A stretch of 63,537 nt of DNA, filler included, from Thraustochytrium aureum (lineage: Eukaryota), in the NCBI GenBank assembly GCA_012862495.1. It is 7 parts of 3 records of this genome, joined end to end, with 100 filler letters (N's around TTAATTAATTAA, not from the genome) between each part and the next. Parts side by side here need not be neighbours in the genome. Positions count along the whole stretch, not along the records: positions 53,798 to 59,294 come from BLSG01000240.1; positions 59,395 to 63,537 come from BLSG01000240.1; 5 more parts are not named here. One strand, 5' to 3'. The notes below the pieces were generated by a model. The model was not told the origin of the DNA and searched no databases. It worked only from the letters and a program-made list of their open reading frames with translations. Each line of letters begins with the position of its first letter. Within the stretch, counting starts at the first letter, position 1. The position numbers were made by a program, and so were the translations under genes. This document shows positions 57,217-63,537 of this stretch, piece after piece.

Positions 57217-59294
57217 ATGGCGCACGACGTGAGGAACACGGCCAGTGCGCCAGGGGCGCGAATGCCAGACCTCCTCGACTTTGAAGAAGGCGACGCCAGG
57301 ACTTTCAGAGCCACCGTAAAGGGCGTCAGCCTTGAGTTTCTCCTCGATTGGAGCATCAACTACCCCGACCTGACCTCGGCAGAAATGTGCGAGCTTGTCA
57401 AGGCCAAGACGGCCGCGATCACGCCCGATGGGTGCCGGTACATCGACGTGCTCGAAAAAATGAACCCAGAGCACGTGGGCGCTGCCAATCTGTTCCTGTG
57501 CCATGCGTGGGCTGACAAGTTTCACGACACAATCAACGCCATCCAGCAGCACTTTAGCAACGACACCCACGTGCACCCAGAAGCAACCTTTGTGTGGATC
57601 GACATTGTCTGTCTCAACCAGGTCGCGGTGGAAAAGTGCGAGAACGATGAGGCCGCAGTTGAGCGCCTGGTCCAGGACACGCGGCGTATCATAGCTGCAG
57701 TAGGCAAAACTATCGTCGTGCTCGGCACGTGGGACACGGAATCGATCAACGTGCTCTCGCGCGCCTGGTGCATCTGGGAGCTGGTTGCACAGCGCCAAAC
57801 GACCTGCTCGTTGCAAGTACCTTCAAGGAACAGCGCCGGTTCCTGGACGACCTCAAGCGCGACCCGGCCAGCATAGTCGGGAGCATTGCCGCTGCGCAGA
57901 GCAACCTCGCCATCGCGACCCGCGACGCAGACACGGACGTCCTGCATGCTGTGTTCAAGTCGGTCAAGGAGGGCGGGTTCGACTATGTCTCGATGGCGGT
58001 TCGGCAGCACTTGTTCCGCTGGGTCTCGGCCCAGGCCTGGTCTGTCATACTCGAAATGCAGCGCAACATTGAGCGCGAGTACGACTTTTCAGGCCAGCAG
58101 CCTCGCGCGAACGGATCCCCGGGCAACCCGGCGCGCAAGAGTCTGCGCAACTTGCTGCGCAAGCAGGCCATTTTCCTGCTGGACGTCACGCAAGGGTTCA
58201 AGGCCCACAAGGTCTTCCCCTTTGCAGAGGAGCTCTTCAAGGCCACGCTTCGGGAGCACGAGAGGTACAGCGGGCGCGACGACTATGATCGCATCATCGC
58301 CATCAACTTTAGCAACTTGGCCGACGTGCTCGCCGAGGCGGACAAACATGTGGACGCCGTGACGTTTTACCGCAAGGCGCTCGCCATCAACCGGCGCCTC
58401 GAGCCGCAGCTTGTGCCCGACACCTTGAACGGGATCGCCAACAACCTGTGGCTTTTGGGCCAGCGCCAGGAGGCAGAAGATCTCTTTGAGGAGATCATCA
58501 AGCTTGATCGGGACGCGTTCCAGCGCGAGCGCAACAGCCGCGTCAAGCGGTGCCTCGTCACCTCGCTTCTCAACATGGGCAACCACCTCGAGGCCGAGTC
58601 GCCGGATCGCGCCATACCCTTCCTTGAGGAAGCTGTTCGCCTCGGCCTTGAGCTGTATCCTGAAGACGAGTCCGAGGACACGCTGTCCGAGGCGCGCGGG
58701 CTCGCCGCTCTGTACTGTCGGCGCGAGGCGTTTGACAAGGCGGCCGATCTCGCCGAGCGTGTGCTCCGAGCCCAAGGCCTTGTAGAGCGCCACGCTCCAA
58801 CGCAAGTGGCGGCTGAGGCGCAGGCCCAAGGACGGCGTCGACCTGGCGCAAGTGGGCGCAGCGCCGGCGTCGCCCTCCGGCGAGCTGCAGATCACCGTCG
58901 CCGATGACGACGACGACCACATGGTGAGCTCCGCCGAGGACGCTGGCACGGGCGACAGTGCGAGCGACTTTCGCCTCCTCGCCACCTGCCTTCTGCGCCT
59001 CGGGGCGGGCGACCAGCTCAAGCTGCGCGAGGCTGCCATGTGCTGCCGAGCCGCGCTGGACCTCGACGTGAAACTGCACGGCAGCGGCAGCGCCGTCGTA
59101 ATCGACGACCTCTCGCTTCTGGTCGAGATTGAGGGGCATCGGGGGAACGATGACCGCGCGAGCAAGCTTGCCGCGCGGGCCGATGAGCTGGCTCGCCGGC
59201 AAACGCAGTCTCGAATGCGGCAGGGGCCCCTTGCGCAGCTGCTTCGCGAGCAGTGCTTGGCGCAGGAGCGGCGCCTTCCCGAGCTCCTCGCGGC
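57217..59294 (+). CDS. TPR-repeat protein with an N-terminal HET/TIR-like domain; apparent frameshifts near 57815 and 58830, 3' end truncated by linker
   Basis: FLCHAW, FVWIDIVCLNQ and LSRAWCIWE motifs. Kinesin-light-chain-type TPRs NFSNLADVL..AVTFYRKALAINRR, TLNGIANNL..EAEDLFEEII and SLLNMGNHL..AIPFLEEAVRL. Confidence 0.82.
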
Positions 59295-59394
59295 NNNNNN
59301 NNNNNNNNNNNNNNNNNNNNNNNNNNNNNNNNNNNNNNTTAATTAATTAANNNNNNNNNNNNNNNNNNNNNNNNNNNNNNNNNNNNNNNNNNNN
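59295..59394. other. Artificial assembly linker (44N-TTAATTAATTAA-44N)
   Basis: Same 100-nt structure. Confidence 0.97.
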
Positions 59395-60317
59395 GTATGT
59401 AGTTCGGTAGCCCTGCTGGAGGCGTAGACAATCTGGACCGCACCTCTTTCCTCGTCGCGTCCAAAGGAGTTCGACGGGCGGCCCAGTTCTTTCAGAGCGT
59501 TCCCTCGCACTTGGCCGCGCGCCCCGGCGCTTCATGCCCGCCAACGGCTCGAAGACAACTCTCGCACTTACGAGCGGTTTCGCCGGCCGGTGATGGTCTG
59601 GGTGCGGATTGAATCTTGCATGGAGCGGTTGCGCTGCTGACAGCGTCACCCAACTATTGAGTCACTCCCAGCCGTGTGGGAGGGAGGCGGGTGGGGAGGG
59701 CGGAAGGGAGGCGCAGAATTCAAGTTGAACCTCCGAGGCCGGAAAGCGATTGCCGAGAGGACCTGCGCCGACGCAAACTCGCGCGTCGTCGTACACGGTG
59801 GAAGGTCAACTTGAGAGTCAGGTCCAAGTTGTTGCAACAGCTCTTCCTTCGATCAAACGCACGCTGGCTGCCTTCGCAGTCGAGCAGAGCACAGACAAAA
59901 ACCACCGCGAGCGAGTGCCGCATGCCTCAGCAACGCTTGAACCAAAAAGCAACAAATCGCGTGATTTGTGGTAGTCAGCGGCGCTTCCTGCTCAGCCCCG
60001 CACGTGAGGCGGACCTCGCGCCCCCCCTACCGCCTTTCCGCCGGCGAGAGAGGCGGCCAAACTCGAGTCGCTCAGGCGTGGGCTCGATTTTGTGTCCGAG
60101 TCTCCGAACGGACCGCCGTGAGTTTGGCCGTGGCGCGTCGGGGCAATGACCGCCTCACAGGCCGCTTGTGAGGACCTGCTGGCGCCAGTGCAGGCAACCG
60201 ATACGAGAAATTGCGAGAAACCAGACGACTCGGCGGAAGGAAAGAAACTGTGCGGCTCTGTGCCGTCAAAGAGCACTCAACTCATCAGTGCTTCAGCGGA
60301 CTGGCCAGCGCAGCACG

Positions 60318-60351
60318 AGCAGCAAGCAGCAAGCAGCAAGCAGCAAGCAGC
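60318..60351 (+). repeat. 7-bp tandem repeat (AGCAGCA)n
   Basis: agcagcaagcagcaagcagcaagcagcaagcagc. Confidence 0.85.
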
Positions 60352-60750
60352 GGCCGGCTCGGCAAACCCCGAACTCGAACGAGCTCCAACACCCGAACGA
60401 GAAGCGCACGAGGCTCTGAACGAGGCGCGCGTCTGGAGGAAAGCGCTGCGACAGGACGCCAAGAGAGTAGCGGGCAAAGCCGGACAAAGCAAGGGTCGCC
60501 TGCCGACAAGGTGGCAGCTCGCCGAGCTGCGGGGCGGGAGAGCGGAGAGTTGAATGGAATTCCGCAAGTCGTTCCTGCACTCTGCCGTAAAGGGCGGGAC
60601 CAAGGTCTGAGCCTTGCTGCACCGCGAGCACAAGCGAGCACGCCAGTTTCATACACCAACCGAGCTTTCCTCGAGTCGAGCAGCAGCCGAGTCGCCAACG
60701 CTTCGACAAGGAAACAAAGCTTTTCCCAAGAACAGCACGACCGCAGCACC

Positions 60751-62005
60751 ATGTCTGTCAAGAGCGCCGAGAGTTCCAACGAGGAGACGTGCTCCTGGAG
60801 CAGCGCCGCGAGCGAGGGCTCTGGTGAGACCGAACGCAAGGTCGTCCTCCTCACGGGCGGCGCAGGCTTCATCGGGTCGCACACCGCCCAGGCGCTCCTA
60901 GAGCGCGGCGACAAGGTGGTCGTAATCGACGAGGTCAACGACTACTACGACGTGGCAATCAAGCGCGCCAACCTCGACATCCTGCGCCGCGTCGCGGACG
61001 ACCTCTCGAACNNNNNNNNNNNNNNNNNNNNNNNNNNNNNNNNNNNNNNNNNNNNNNNNNNNNNNNNNNNNNNNNNNNNNNNNNNNNNNNNNNNNNNNNN
61101 NNNNNNNNNNNNNNNNNNNNNNNNNNNNNNNNNNNNNNNNNNNNNNNNNNNNNNNNNNNNNNNNNNNNNNNNNNNNNNNNNNNNNNNNNNNNNNNNNNNN
61201 NNNNNNNNNNNNNNNNNNNNNNNNNNNNNNNNNNNNNNAGCACAGCCCGACGCATGTTTGCCACTTGGCCGCGCGCGCGGGCGTGCGGCCCTCCATCGAC
61301 GACCCGTTCATTTACGTCCAGACAAACGTGATGGGCACTGTCACGCTCATGGAGCTCGCTGCCCAGCACGGCGTTTCCAACTTTGTCTACGCTTCCAGCT
61401 CGTCGGTGTATGGCGGGTCGCAGAACGAAAAGTTTGCCGAGACGGACATTGTCGACAAGCCCGTCTCGCAGTACGCGGCCACCAAAAAGGCCTGCGAGCT
61501 CTTCGCGGCGACCTACAACTCGCTGTACGGGCTCAACTGCACCGGGCTCCGATTCTTCACGGTTTACGGGGAGCGTGGCCGCCCTGACATGGCGCCCTTC
61601 AAGTTCATCCACCGCGTCATGAACGGTGTCACCATCGACCAGTATGGCGACGGCACGTCGGAGCGCGACTACTCGCATGTGTCGGACATCGTCGCAGGCG
61701 TGATTCTGGCCATCGACAAGCCGCTCGGAAACGAGGTCCTCAACTTGGGCCGCGGCAGCCCGGTCAGTCTCCAGACGTTCATCAACACCATCGAGCGCCT
61801 GTGCGGCCGCAAGGCGATCATCAACGTCATGCCCATGCAGCCCGGCGACGTTCCGCGAACGAGCGCCGACACCTCCAGGGCGCGGGAGCTCCTTGGGTTT
61901 GAGGCCAAAGTGTCTCTGGAGGACGGCCTGCGCGGCACGGTCGAGTGGTATCGCCGCTGGCAAGCCGACTCTGCCGACGCTTCCCCCGAGGGCGTCGCCG
62001 CCTGA
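60751..62005 (+). CDS. NAD-dependent epimerase/dehydratase, UDP-glucuronate 4-epimerase (GAE/CapI)-like; gap 61012-61238
   Basis: VLLTGGAGFIGSH, DEVNDYYDVAIKRAN, HLAARAGVRPS, ASSSSVYG, YAATKK (YxxxK), LRFFTVYGERGRPDMA and MQPGDVPRTSAD. Confidence 0.93.
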
Positions 62006-62698
62006 TTCCGATGGAGCGCGGTGTGCTGATGCGCGTTGGTCTCAACAGATCCTCCCACGCGATGCGCGCGAGGTGTCAACAGATCCTTGCACACGAGGCG
62101 CGACAGATCTTGATCTCTTCCCACACCCACAAATCATTTCTTTCAAATCCGACCTTTCTCCAATGGAACACTTGCTTGCATGCCATGCAAGCCTTGGTCG
62201 CTGCTGTCGGCGTTCGCCACGATAGCCTCTTGAAAGTTTACATTTAGCAACGTCCAATCGCAGGTCCAGATCCGCGCAGCTCCGTCGTGCCACGAACACG
62301 ATCTGCCAGTGTCTTCTGCTTCTGGCTGACTGAGTGAATGAATCCTCGTTTTGGGTTTGCCACTGAATCCCTTATTGCGCTGGGTCTCATACGAAAACCA
62401 CATTGTGAACCTGGTTGTTTTGGCCAACAAGAACTCCGGGCGCTTTTCCGTCCCGCCGCGCACAGGTAAAAGCGCGAGCCAGCCAGCCAGCAGCCAGCCA
62501 AGCCAGCTTCTTGCGAGCCAAATGCTTGCGGAGCCAGAGCAAGTCTGGACGGCAGCGGCAGAGCAGCTGTGAAGACCGAGCAAACGCACTTGGAAGAAGG
62601 CACGAGAGCAGGGACTCGCCTACGCACTCAAACGCGCACCGCGGCGGCTTAGGACTCCGCAACACTGGCAGCTGGAGCAGCGTGCCTGGCCCGCGGGG

Positions 62699-63537
62699 AT
62701 GGAGGCGCAGGCCTGCGACGTGGACTCGAGCTGCAACGGGACGCGCGTCTGCTTTGAGAACAGCTGCGTGTGCTCGCTGTGGTATGGATGGCAAGGGGAC
62801 GACTGCGACGAGGCCGGCCCGCCAACACTGTTTCTGCTCGTTTCGAGCTCGATCCAGCTCGCGCTTGGCGCATTTCTTCTCTCGGCGAGCCTTTGGATCC
62901 TGTGGCGGTTTTTCTCGCTGCACGGGTTGCGCGGCGACCAGAACAACGCGCAAGTGACCACCCTCGCACTTGTGGCCGCCACGTCGACTGCGGTTGTGCT
63001 TTGGCGCGCCAACCTGGTCGCGATTCTGCTCTCTCCAGAAAGGTTTACCGAGTTTAGCACACTCAATTTCGAACAAGAGACGCGGCTACACCAGCTGTAT
63101 CGCTTGGAACGCGTTGCGGTTGCGCTGACGCTGCTCCTTGGCACGCTGGCCATTCTGAACGTCTCGCTCATGTGGGTGCAAGTCGCGCGGTCGAGCCGCC
63201 TAATGACCACCAAGATGTCTCGCCACCTGTCGGTCTATGCGCGCACGATCTACGTGTTTGAGGGCCTCCTGGTCGTCATCCTCGGCGTCTGCCTCGCGCT
63301 GGGCCAGTCTGCGCTGGTAACTTTCCTCGTGGTGCCGTTCATGCTCTTCTGCATACTTACCTACGTTATCGGAGCGCGCAGGCTCGTCAAGGTGCTCGAC
63401 TCGGCGCAAGAGTACAAGAACAAAACCGTCGCAGAGGCCGACCAGGACCCGAGCAGCCCGGCCTCCGCCAGGCGCAAGCACAAGCGAGGCAGCCGCCGCT
63501 CGGCCACGGCCTACTCGCGCCTGATCCGATCGGTACG
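62699..63537 (+). CDS. EGF-like domain plus multi-pass membrane (GPCR-like) protein, running off the window end
   Basis: Translated by hand (not in the ORF track): MEAQACDVDSSCNGTRVCFENSCVCSLWYGWQGDDCDE, followed by about five hydrophobic helices and a basic loop; no stop before 63537. Confidence 0.8.
   Translation, partial: MEAQACDVDSSCNGTRVCFENSCVCSLWYGWQGDDCDEAGPPTLFLLVSSSIQLALGAFLLSASLWILWRFFSLHGLRGDQNNAQVTTLALVAATSTAVVLWRANLVAILLSPERFTEFSTLNFEQETRLHQLYRLERVAVALTLLLGTLAILNVSLMWVQVARSSRLMTTKMSRHLSVYARTIYVFEGLLVVILGVCLALGQSALVTFLVVPFMLFCILTYVIGARRLVKVLDSAQEYKNKTVAEADQDPSSPASARRKHKRGSRRSATAYSRLIRSV

Noticed and set aside
59395..60750. ORFs upstream of the epimerase
   Set aside because: Low-complexity, contain a 7-bp repeat and show no domain signal; probably intergenic or UTR.

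Overview
GC-rich, gene-dense, intron-poor eukaryotic DNA, most consistent with a stramenopile protist such as a thraustochytrid or other labyrinthulomycete (inferred from gene content and intron signals, not proven). It is a draft assembly with many N gaps, six artificial 100-nt linkers (44N-TTAATTAATTAA-44N) and frequent apparent single-base frameshifts. About 20 protein-coding genes are present: a TM-SH3 protein, a myosin, an LRR protein, an EF-hand/WD40 protein, an EDR2-like START+2xDUF1336 protein, a ~3,900-aa ARM-repeat (Vac8-like) protein, a NIPA-type Mg transporter with two 78-nt introns, a PH-ANK-FYVE protein ending in a tomosyn-like R-SNARE, Rad6/UBC2, a PinX1-like G-patch protein, a coiled-coil protein with a possible degenerate kinesin head, Sec1/Munc18, PHTF, a HET/TIR-like+TPR protein, UDP-glucuronate 4-epimerase and an EGF+multi-TM receptor-like protein. 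The most unusual non-coding signal is a phased ~48-bp array of TGRCGYCA palindrome pairs separated by unique, invariantly 23-nt spacers (39553-39845). It lies beside an AT-rich inverted repeat, between the divergent UBC2 and PinX1-like genes. No rRNA, tRNA, cas or transposase genes were recognised.
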